From: a candidate division FCPU426 bacterium
GTDB taxonomy: Bacteria; Oederibacteriota; Muellerivitia; Muellerivitales; Muellerivitaceae
Length of the DNA stretch: 64,000 bases
Assembly (NCBI GenBank): GCA_963738405.1
Contig: CAVTWJ010000023.1
Location: forward strand, 32,001-96,000
Direction of reading: 5' to 3'
Positions 56,619 through 64,000 of the stretch are shown piece by piece. Each line of letters opens with the position of its first letter. The stretch's first letter is position 1. Made by a program: the position numbers and the translations under genes. The notes below the pieces were generated by a model. It saw only the letters and a list, made by a program, of their open reading frames with translations, searched no databases and was not told where the DNA came from.

Positions 56619-58445
56619 TTAACCCTGTTTCCCATGCTCATTGTGCATAGTTAATTCAATTTCCAGTTTTTCGCCCACTGGCGCTTCACCCTTTTTCCGC
56701 TGTTTTGGTTCTTTAGGCACAACAGGAATCTCGATCTTATTGAACTCATTTTTCTTCAAGTGGTTATTTCGGATAGGAACGCAACCCACATAATCGAATT
56801 CCCTCGGAGGAGGTTTGACTTCTTTGAGCTTCATTTTGAAAACCTTCGGGCCTGAGACATAAACGATCCTGCACACCGCTTCCCCACGTTTCATTCCCCT
56901 CAAGTAATTAGGATGAATAATAAACTCCTCATCCTGTTTTTCGGTCCGTCCCCTAGGCTGAGAGATACGGGTGTCATATGAATAAACGTCTTTCTTTGTG
57001 ACTTTGGTCCCGAAAATCGATGCGAAGAAGTCCACCGTGTCTTTCTCAGTGATGTTCATCACGATTTTGTGGTTGGTGTTGGTGAGAATGTCATCCTTGA
57101 ATTCCTGGCTGACGGCCCCCAACTGGCCCAAGCTGTGGTGGGCTAAAAAAAAGCAAACATTTGCTTCGCGCCCTAAGGAAATAAGGTCATTGAGCCCCGG
57201 ATAGGCGGCGGTGTAGAACTCGTCCAAAAAGACGAAAAAGGGCCTTTCCGGCTTCTCAATAAGCCTCCGCCCTATAACCCCCGCCAAGTCAGTTAGGGCC
57301 GAAATAATGACCGGTTTGGAGTCCTCCTGGTTCACAAGTGAAGAGGTTCCAAATAGGAATATCTGTTGTTTCTCAACCACATCCCTCATCTTGATATCCG
57401 GGTTCAGGGTGTTGATAAGGGGTGACCACTCACGGGTGGTGAAACGTGCCAATTTGCTAGTTAGGCCTGAAAGATTAAGCTCCCTGTCCTTCTCCGACAT
57501 ATTGACCCACTTTTCCAGGAAGTATTTCCCCGAGACGGTGTCCTCGTGTTTCCGAGCCAAGACCTTTATCGAATCGAACGATCTGATTTCGTTTGAGATA
57601 AGGTTCTGGTAATCCATCCGGGTAACGTGCTTGAACTCCAAGAAAAGAAGGTTGGTAAGGTTGCTCAAAACGTCGCTGGCTTGGTCCCGATAATATTCCT
57701 GGGTCACAGGGCCGTAAAAGATCGACTTCATGAGGCCATTGAAGACCTCGTCTGGCTTATCCTTGAAATCCGGGTTGTAAGTCTGGCTCCTTTTCACATC
57801 TGCCAAATCAAAATACTTAAGGTCATGGAGCCGTCCATATTTCTGGGCGTAATAGGGAATGTGTTTGTTGTAATTGGATTTGGCGTCGAAAACGAACATC
57901 CCCAAACCGTTCCTGATCCCCTGTTCAATCATGTGGTTGAAAATGTTTGTTTTTCCCATGCCGGAAGATCCGATGACTTCCGTGTGGTACTTGAGCAGTT
58001 CAGCAGGAATGAAAAACTTGTTTTCCGCATCTAGGTATAAAGAGAATTTTCCGCCTTCTTGGCGGGGCGACTCGCCCGGATGCTCTGGGATATGTCTCAT
58101 GAAAAAATGAATAAAATAAATGCAGAAACCTATCAGGATGGAAAGCCCCATCACCACATCCCCCGTGAACCCCTCGGTTCCCAGAAACACCCCGAAAAAG
58201 TCATGGCAAAAAGCTAGGGCAATAACGGCAGGGGCCAAGGCTAAGAGGTGGGTCATTCGGACATGCTTCTCAAACATGTAGAGAAAACCCACGGAGAGGG
58301 CCGCAAGAGTGTCAAAGGGGGTAACGGATGGGGATATGACCCCTAAGACTTCAAGGGTGAATTTAAGGCCCGAATAGACCCCAAATCCAGCTAAGACAGG
58401 AGGGGTGTGCTTCTCAACTGATTTGAAAAAATTCCAGGTACTCAT
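56619..58445 (-). CDS. VirD4/TraD-like type IV coupling protein
   Basis: N-terminal TMs; HTEVIGSSGMGKT, VFDAK, YNP, VFLDEF, GREA, HSLGQL. Confidence 0.85.
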   Translation of the reverse strand: MSTWNFFKSVEKHTPPVLAGFGVYSGLKFTLEVLGVISPSVTPFDTLAALSVGFLYMFEKHVRMTHLLALAPAVIALAFCHDFFGVFLGTEGFTGDVVMGLSILIGFCIYFIHFFMRHIPEHPGESPRQEGGKFSLYLDAENKFFIPAELLKYHTEVIGSSGMGKTNIFNHMIEQGIRNGLGMFVFDAKSNYNKHIPYYAQKYGRLHDLKYFDLADVKRSQTYNPDFKDKPDEVFNGLMKSIFYGPVTQEYYRDQASDVLSNLTNLLFLEFKHVTRMDYQNLISNEIRSFDSIKVLARKHEDTVSGKYFLEKWVNMSEKDRELNLSGLTSKLARFTTREWSPLINTLNPDIKMRDVVEKQQIFLFGTSSLVNQEDSKPVIISALTDLAGVIGRRLIEKPERPFFVFLDEFYTAAYPGLNDLISLGREANVCFFLAHHSLGQLGAVSQEFKDDILTNTNHKIVMNITEKDTVDFFASIFGTKVTKKDVYSYDTRISQPRGRTEKQDEEFIIHPNYLRGMKRGEAVCRIVYVSGPKVFKMKLKEVKPPPREFDYVGCVPIRNNHLKKNEFNKIEIPVVPKEPKQRKKGEAPVGEKLEIELTMHNEHGKQG

Positions 58446-58636
58446 GGCGGTATATCTTCTTCAAGGGAGAATGGAACACTAAAAACCCCTTAACTTTTAT
58501 TACCGCCACTGCGCGTTGACAAGTTCATATTTGCAGGAATTAGGAAAAATCTTCCTGTCATATACGTGTCATTCGTTTTGCTTTTTAGTGATTTTTTACG
58601 ATCATTGGTGATCACTGATGATCAGTTGAAAAAAAT

Positions 58637-58680
58637 AGCCTTTGCCCTTCGGGATGCGAAATCCCTTACAGGCAAAGGCT
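58637..58680 (-). terminator. Probable intrinsic terminator downstream of tRNA-Asp (island side)
   Basis: AGCCTTTGCC...GGCAAAGGCT hairpin followed by a T-run on the minus strand. Confidence 0.6.
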
Positions 58681-58714
58681 TTTAAAATGCGCTGGGAACA
58701 ATAATTTTTTGAAA

Positions 58715-58792
58715 TGGCGGGGTTGACGGGGCTCGAACCCGCGACCTCCTGCGTGACAGGCAGGCGCTCTAACCAAACTGAGCTACAACCCC
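58715..58792 (-). tRNA. tRNA-Asp (GTC)
   Basis: GGGGTTGTAGCTCAGTTTGGTTAGAGCGCCTGCCT-GTC-ACGCAGGAGGTCGCGGGTTCGAGCCCCGTCAACCCCGCCA; full cloverleaf with encoded CCA. Confidence 0.97.
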
Positions 58793-58946
58793 TCGCAGGT
58801 AAAGGAAAAAGCAGGAAGGAGAATCCCTCGCTTTGTCACTCGGTCCACATTTGAACCGCCCTTAAGGGAAGCGAAACGGAGGGGTATCGTATAGGGGCAG
58901 GTGGCTTTCGTCAAGCTTAGGAGGTTCCCGGTTTTGTCGCTTGGTT

Positions 58947-59092
58947 GTCATTGCGAGGAAAGTCCCCGAATAGGGGACGCTTATGACGTGGCAATCTCAG
59001 TTTAAATATGCCTTTAAAAAAGCCAACGCGAACGGCGACCTGGGATCACCACGTCGCCAACCGCCCCCATTGGGGCGGCTCCTCGTGATGAC
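58947..59092. repeat. REP/RPE-like palindromic element
   Basis: GTCATTGCGAGG...CGTGGCAATCTC / GGGATCACCACG...CCTCGTGATGAC with internal hairpins. Confidence 0.65.
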
Positions 59093-59128
59093 GGCATCAA
59101 TTCAAACCGAGTCACTTATCGGGAATCA

Positions 59129-62100
59129 TTAGACCTTTTGAGGGGTTGGGACTTCCTGGGTCTGAGACTTTTGAAGCTTGAATTTCTTTACCGCGAACCG
59201 GGAAACGCTGTTTTTGAGCACGCTTTTGGCTGAGAGTTTATACAAGTATTCCCCATCCCCCAACTTGCCCGCATCCCAAATGGAAACGGCGTAGGCGCCG
59301 CCTTCTTTCTTTTCTTCCACCTTGTCGATCAGGGAACCCGTTGAATCAAAGATTTCCAGCGTCACGTGACAGTCTTCCTTCAGGAAATAATAGGCCCGGA
59401 CCGGGCCTGGCAAAGTCGGGTTTGGGAAAAGCCCCACGTCTTCCGTAAAGGTGGAAAAGGTTTCTTTGGAGGAGGCCACCGCGATATCCCGGATCGCCAG
59501 AACCGGAAATTGATCGCTCAATAGGCGGATTTCAAAGCGGCCCTCGGGCAAATCGGGAAACTTGAACCGGCCCTGGGCGTCAGTGATGGCGACTGCTCCG
59601 TCCCGATGGGCCCGAATCACCTCCACCTTGGCTCCCACGACCGGCGTGGTTCCGTCTTTGCGGAGAAACACCCCCGCTAAGGAACCCATGCGTCGAATCA
59701 GGATGCGCCTTTTCGCCACCAAGCTTCCGGGCTTCCCCTTTTTCGGGGCCGGCGCCACGTGAAGGTACCATGTCCCTTCCGCGATATCCTTGAACTCAAG
59801 TGTCTTCTCGGTGGTGTAGGAATCTTCAACCGTGACCTTTTCAACCTCATTGGCGCTGAGGCGGTAATAGACCCCCCCGCTTTTGAAACTGCCGTCATGG
59901 CGGTCCTCCAACAGGAAAACCGGGTCATGCAGGTTCACCGGCTCGTCTTCCCTGGGATGGGTGGGGCTTTGGATAACGGGCGGGGGAAATTCCCCCGAGG
60001 CGGTTCGCACCGCCATATGGGTCGGCTCGGAAAGGTTTCCCGCCTTGTCCCGTACCACGACATGCAGGTACCAAACCCCGGGGCCCGAGGCGCGAACCGA
60101 AATTTCATCCTCGGTGGTGCGTTGGGATTCGGTTGGGTTGGGCCGAGTTAGGGATTCCTGGTCGAAGAGATAGTAATAGGCGTCAAAGCCGGACAGCTTG
60201 GTAGCCGAGGAAAGTTTGAACTGGACCTTCGCGGGCGAATACCAGCATTGGGAATCGGGATGGGAGGGCGATGAAACCTGGGGCGGGGCGGGTTTTTCCA
60301 CGTCGATCTTCAGGCGGTAATGGGCCGATTCCTCGCTGAGATTCCCCGCTTTGTCCCTGGCCACCACATGGAAATACCAAACCCCGCTTTGAAGGTCTTT
60401 CAGTTCTTGGCGTTTGGCGTCGGTAAAGGCCTTTTCCTCAATTGGAGGGCGGGAGTTGGGACTTTGATCGAGCAATGTGTAATAACCGGCGATGCCGGTG
60501 GCGTCCGCCGGGGCGTCCCAAAGCATGACGACCAGGGGGTTAGAACTCCATTCTTCGTTCGAGTGGGTGGGGCTGGAAAGGGCCGGTACCCCGACCCCAT
60601 GGTCGGAGATACAAACCGCAACCTGATTGCCCTCGTGCTGTTCGTTGCCCATGCGGTCCACGGCCTGGACGCAATAATAGTAGGCGGTGCTGTCCCGCAA
60701 GCCTTCGCCGGGATCAAGGTAAGTCACTCCCTTGATTTCCCCATCGATGGATATCTTTTCCCGAGGACCCCCTTCCACCCAGCGGTAAAGGCGGTAGTAG
60801 TCGGTTCCGGAAACTGAATCCACTACCGGGGTCCATTTCAACTCGATATCGCCGCCCGCCTTGGATACAGCTTTTAATTGGGAAACCGGGGGCGGGGGTG
60901 AAATATCCACCGTCAACGAGGCCATCTCGGTTTCAGGCCAGTTTTCCTGATTTCCGGCCCCGTCCCGGGCCCTGCACCGGAAAGCGAATCGAATACCATC
61001 CTGAGCCTGAAAAGCCGCGCTTCGGTCCGTCACACGGGTCAAATAGTCGCTCCAGTTACCCTTATCCCCCGCCTTCATCTGCACATCGAAAGATTCAATT
61101 CCGCTTAAGTCATCCACCCCTTCCCATTCCAGGGCCACCTGCGTGCGGTCCAGCATGGGCGGGAGTGCCTTCATACGGGATCGGGGAGGGGTGGAATCTA
61201 TCAAGATGGCGTAATGCCCGGCCTCTCGGCTCAGGTTCCCTACCCTGTCCTTGGCCACAATGTGGAAATAATACTTCCCGTCTTTCAAAGCCGGTCCGGT
61301 GAGAGAGGTTTCGGTCGTCCACTTGCCCTGGTTGGGGCCTGGGATGGTATGGGGCTGGCTGTCCAGCGCCACGTAATAGCCTTCCACCCCCGATAATTCC
61401 CGGGGCGCCTCCCAAACCATCTTAGGGATGTTGGCCTTAACCCATTGGTTGGGCGGGTGGGTGGGGCTTTTCACCATGGGCGCCTGGGCTTCCGAATCGA
61501 CCAACACCTTAAATCGCGCGCAAGGGCCAAGGTTTCCGGCCCGGTCCTTGGCGATCACATGCACGAACCATATTCCATCGCCGGGCAGGGTCACCACCGT
61601 TCCACGGGTTGCGGTAAAGGCCATTTCCCGCAGAACCGGCGTCCAGGATTCTTCTTGGTTAGCGAGAAAGTAATAACCCTCGATGCCCGACAAGTCTTCC
61701 GGGTCTTTCCAAACCAGTTCCACCCGGCGGGAGGCGTACCACTTATCCTTTTGGGGATGGGTTACGGATGTTATTTCGGGCGTCCCCGCCGTGGTGTCCA
61801 GCCGAACCCGATAAAGAGCCGGGTCTTTCCCCACGTTGCCCGCCGCGTCCTGGGCCACGACCCCTAATGTAAACACTCCGTCGTGGGGTATCTCAAGGGC
61901 CAGCTCAGTCTTTTCAGTAAAGAAAGCCTTATCCGGTTCCGGCAGAGGCTTCGGGTCTTCGCCGAAGACATAATAAAAGCCCGTGACGCCCGACAAGTCG
62001 TCCGGAGCCGTCAGTTTAAAGAGAATCTTCGGGTTCGCAGTCCAGCGTTCCGGGTCGGGGTGGGACTCGCTAGTGATGAAGGGCTTGGAAACTTCTGAAT

Positions 62101-64000
62101 CCACCCGCACGGGATAATGCACCGCTTTCCAATCCACATTGCCCGCTTTGTCCTTGGTGGTAATGTGGAAATACCAGAGGCCGTCATCCGTCACTTCGAA
62201 GGAGACAAATCGCTGGGTGGTAAAGAGGGAGTTTTTATCGTTCGGGACAGTATCAGCCTTACGGTCGATGTTGTAGTAGTAACCCTCGATGCCCGAATGG
62301 TCAAAGGGGTCTTCCCACTGGATCTCCACCCGCCGGTTTTTGTACCAGCGTTCTGTTTCCCCATGGGTGGTGGAAGCCACCTTGGGGGGGCTGGCCAGGG
62401 TATCCAGGCAAATCTTTAAATGGGCCGCCTGGGGAGAAAGGTTTCCCGCCATGTCCTTGGTGCGGGCGTGAACGTACCAGATGCCGTCCGCCAATTCCTT
62501 AAAAGATAATTGGGGTTTCAGTGTATAGAGGGCGCTGTCGGCCTGGGGCAGGGTCTGGGGTTCCCGGTCGAGCACATAGTAAAAGCCTTCCACTCCCGAA
62601 AGATCGGAAGGGGGCTGGATGAGGATTTCCACCTGATTCACGGGATACCATTGTTCCTGCTGTGGATGGGTTATCGAGGAAAGGGCGGGCGCCAGGGCCT
62701 TGGTATCGATCTTGATAGCCATATGGGCCGCTTCAACCCCCAGGTTCCCCGCCAGGTCCTGGGTTGCCACATGGACAAACCAAAGCCCGTCTTCCAAGGG
62801 GCCCAGAGAAAGCCTGGTATCGGCCACAAAATCCCCCGCCCCGGGGCCGGGAACGGTCTGGGCCTCCCTGTCCGCCTTTACGAAATAGCCTTTCACCCCT
62901 GAAAGGTCCTTGGGTTCTTCCCAAACGACGAGGGGCGTGGGGTTGGCCATCCATTTTTCCGAATCGGGATGGGTGGGACTGGAAAGGTTCGGAGGCGGCG
63001 CCGCCGCGGTGTCGATGTTGACCTGGTAATGGGAAGCCCGGGTACCGATATTGCCTGCCTCATCCACCCCAACGACATGCAGATACCAAACCCCCTCGGT
63101 GACTGGAAGCACCAGACGCCGTTCCTCGGTATAGGTCGCCTGGGGCGGTGCGGGCACCGTGTCGGGAGCCGTATTGAGGATGTAGTAATAGGCACCCAGG
63201 GGCGAAGGGGGCTGTAAAAAATATTCAACCTGTGTGGTTCTTTCCCATTTTCCCGGCTCGGGGTGCGAGGGAGAAGAAAGGGCGGGAGGCATGACGGGCG
63301 GGGTCGTGAAGGACGCGACTTGGCTTGCCGCCAGCGAGGTAGTGCGGTTGGCGCTGACCACCTTGTATTTGTACTCGGTCTCAGCCTTAAGATCGGTCAA
63401 GGCAAAGCGATGTCGCAACCGCTGGGTCTTGTCGGCCACCGATCGGGTTAATTCTTCTTTTTCTCCAGCGATGCCGTAAAAGACTTCCGATGCCGCCGTG
63501 ATGTCGGTGGTCCAGGTCAGAAGGGCGTAAGAAGAAGTGAGCTTTTCAACCATCAGTTCGGTGATTTCGGGAATCCCCGCCCGGTCAAAGGTGGATCGTA
63601 GAAACGCCCCGCCGTTTTCGGTAGAGGCGAAAAGAAAATCGTTAAAGACCATGAAGGCCCTTACGCCTTCCTCGTCGCAAGCGTAAGCCGTGGTCCAGTT
63701 TTCCCCGTCCTGGGTCTTGAGAATACGGCCCGAATTGCCAGTCCCAGCGTAGAGGGCGTTTTCGAACACTTCCAGACAGTAAAGGTTCAATTCCCGGCTG
63801 CTTTCGTAAACAATCTGCCAATCCCGGCTGTTGATGGTGCGGTAAACCCGAACTCCCTTGGGGCTGGAGGTTCCAACATAGAGGGCGCCCCTGAATTCCC
63901 GGAAGCACTGGATGAAATTCTGGCCCGTTGCCGTCACTTCTTCCCAGTTCATTCCATCCTGGGTCGAAAAGATCAGCCCGCTGGGATAGGTCCCCGCGAA
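59129..64000 (-). CDS. Very large repetitive extracellular-type protein (beta-propeller-like N-part, ~10 Ig/FN3-like repeats, carboxypeptidase-regulatory-like and FlgD-Ig-like C-terminus); 5' end outside the window
   Basis: Repeats S.THP...W...P.DLSG..GYYY..D...T.P...DG.WYFHV.A.D.AGN; frame remains open from 63952 to 64000 (FAGTYPSGLIFSTQDG). Confidence 0.85.
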   Translation of the reverse strand, partial: FAGTYPSGLIFSTQDGMNWEEVTATGQNFIQCFREFRGALYVGTSSPKGVRVYRTINSRDWQIVYESSRELNLYCLEVFENALYAGTGNSGRILKTQDGENWTTAYACDEEGVRAFMVFNDFLFASTENGGAFLRSTFDRAGIPEITELMVEKLTSSYALLTWTTDITAASEVFYGIAGEKEELTRSVADKTQRLRHRFALTDLKAETEYKYKVVSANRTTSLAASQVASFTTPPVMPPALSSPSHPEPGKWERTTQVEYFLQPPSPLGAYYYILNTAPDTVPAPPQATYTEERRLVLPVTEGVWYLHVVGVDEAGNIGTRASHYQVNIDTAAAPPPNLSSPTHPDSEKWMANPTPLVVWEEPKDLSGVKGYFVKADREAQTVPGPGAGDFVADTRLSLGPLEDGLWFVHVATQDLAGNLGVEAAHMAIKIDTKALAPALSSITHPQQEQWYPVNQVEILIQPPSDLSGVEGFYYVLDREPQTLPQADSALYTLKPQLSFKELADGIWYVHARTKDMAGNLSPQAAHLKICLDTLASPPKVASTTHGETERWYKNRRVEIQWEDPFDHSGIEGYYYNIDRKADTVPNDKNSLFTTQRFVSFEVTDDGLWYFHITTKDKAGNVDWKAVHYPVRVDSEVSKPFITSESHPDPERWTANPKILFKLTAPDDLSGVTGFYYVFGEDPKPLPEPDKAFFTEKTELALEIPHDGVFTLGVVAQDAAGNVGKDPALYRVRLDTTAGTPEITSVTHPQKDKWYASRRVELVWKDPEDLSGIEGYYFLANQEESWTPVLREMAFTATRGTVVTLPGDGIWFVHVIAKDRAGNLGPCARFKVLVDSEAQAPMVKSPTHPPNQWVKANIPKMVWEAPRELSGVEGYYVALDSQPHTIPGPNQGKWTTETSLTGPALKDGKYYFHIVAKDRVGNLSREAGHYAILIDSTPPRSRMKALPPMLDRTQVALEWEGVDDLSGIESFDVQMKAGDKGNWSDYLTRVTDRSAAFQAQDGIRFAFRCRARDGAGNQENWPETEMASLTVDISPPPPVSQLKAVSKAGGDIELKWTPVVDSVSGTDYYRLYRWVEGGPREKISIDGEIKGVTYLDPGEGLRDSTAYYYCVQAVDRMGNEQHEGNQVAVCISDHGVGVPALSSPTHSNEEWSSNPLVVMLWDAPADATGIAGYYTLLDQSPNSRPPIEEKAFTDAKRQELKDLQSGVWYFHVVARDKAGNLSEESAHYRLKIDVEKPAPPQVSSPSHPDSQCWYSPAKVQFKLSSATKLSGFDAYYYLFDQESLTRPNPTESQRTTEDEISVRASGPGVWYLHVVVRDKAGNLSEPTHMAVRTASGEFPPPVIQSPTHPREDEPVNLHDPVFLLEDRHDGSFKSGGVYYRLSANEVEKVTVEDSYTTEKTLEFKDIAEGTWYLHVAPAPKKGKPGSLVAKRRILIRRMGSLAGVFLRKDGTTPVVGAKVEVIRAHRDGAVAITDAQGRFKFPDLPEGRFEIRLLSDQFPVLAIRDIAVASSKETFSTFTEDVGLFPNPTLPGPVRAYYFLKEDCHVTLEIFDSTGSLIDKVEEKKEGGAYAVSIWDAGKLGDGEYLYKLSAKSVLKNSVSRFAVKKFKLQKSQTQEVPTPQKV

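Larger units (their letters stand above)
9700..58759. mobile_element. ~49 kb genomic island (IME/ICE-like) integrated at tRNA-Asp
   Basis: Direct repeats of the tRNA 3' half at both ends; contains a coupling protein, relaxase-like protein, ArdC, RadC, TA systems and CRISPR-Cas; patchy base composition. Confidence 0.9.

Overview
Bacterial chromosomal window. Core-looking genes flank it: a radical SAM enzyme, a LuxR regulator, hppA, an RNB ribonuclease, two Deg/HtrA proteases and a pilin on the left, and a very large Ig/FN3-repeat protein on the right. Between them lies a ~49 kb genomic island (about 9700-58759) inserted in tRNA-Asp(GTC), bounded by a 46-bp direct repeat that ends exactly at the anticodon loop. 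No integrase is visible; it may have been lost in an IS3-associated deletion at the left end. The island carries mobilisation genes (VirD4-like coupling protein, replication-relaxation protein), a plasmid-like leading region (ardC, RadC/JAB) and two AbiE toxin-antitoxin pairs. It also carries a type III-D-variant CRISPR-Cas locus: CARF protein, HD-less Cas10, Cas7-Cas5-Cas11-like, Cas7x2, Cas7-insertion, Card1/Can2-like effector, Crn2/AcrIII-1-like ring nuclease, Cas6, Cas1, Cas2, a stand-alone group II intron-like RT and a 35-repeat array. Directly upstream of the cas genes, on the same strand, is a tightly coupled E2-like / JAB / small Gly-Gly peptide / ThiF-E1 / Clp-type AAA+ / membrane-protein cluster, which is my best candidate for an undescribed system. 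Two other notable oddities are an RT ORF that ends inside the first CRISPR repeat and a solitary repeat just upstream of cas6. All family calls come from motif recognition by eye; no searches were run.
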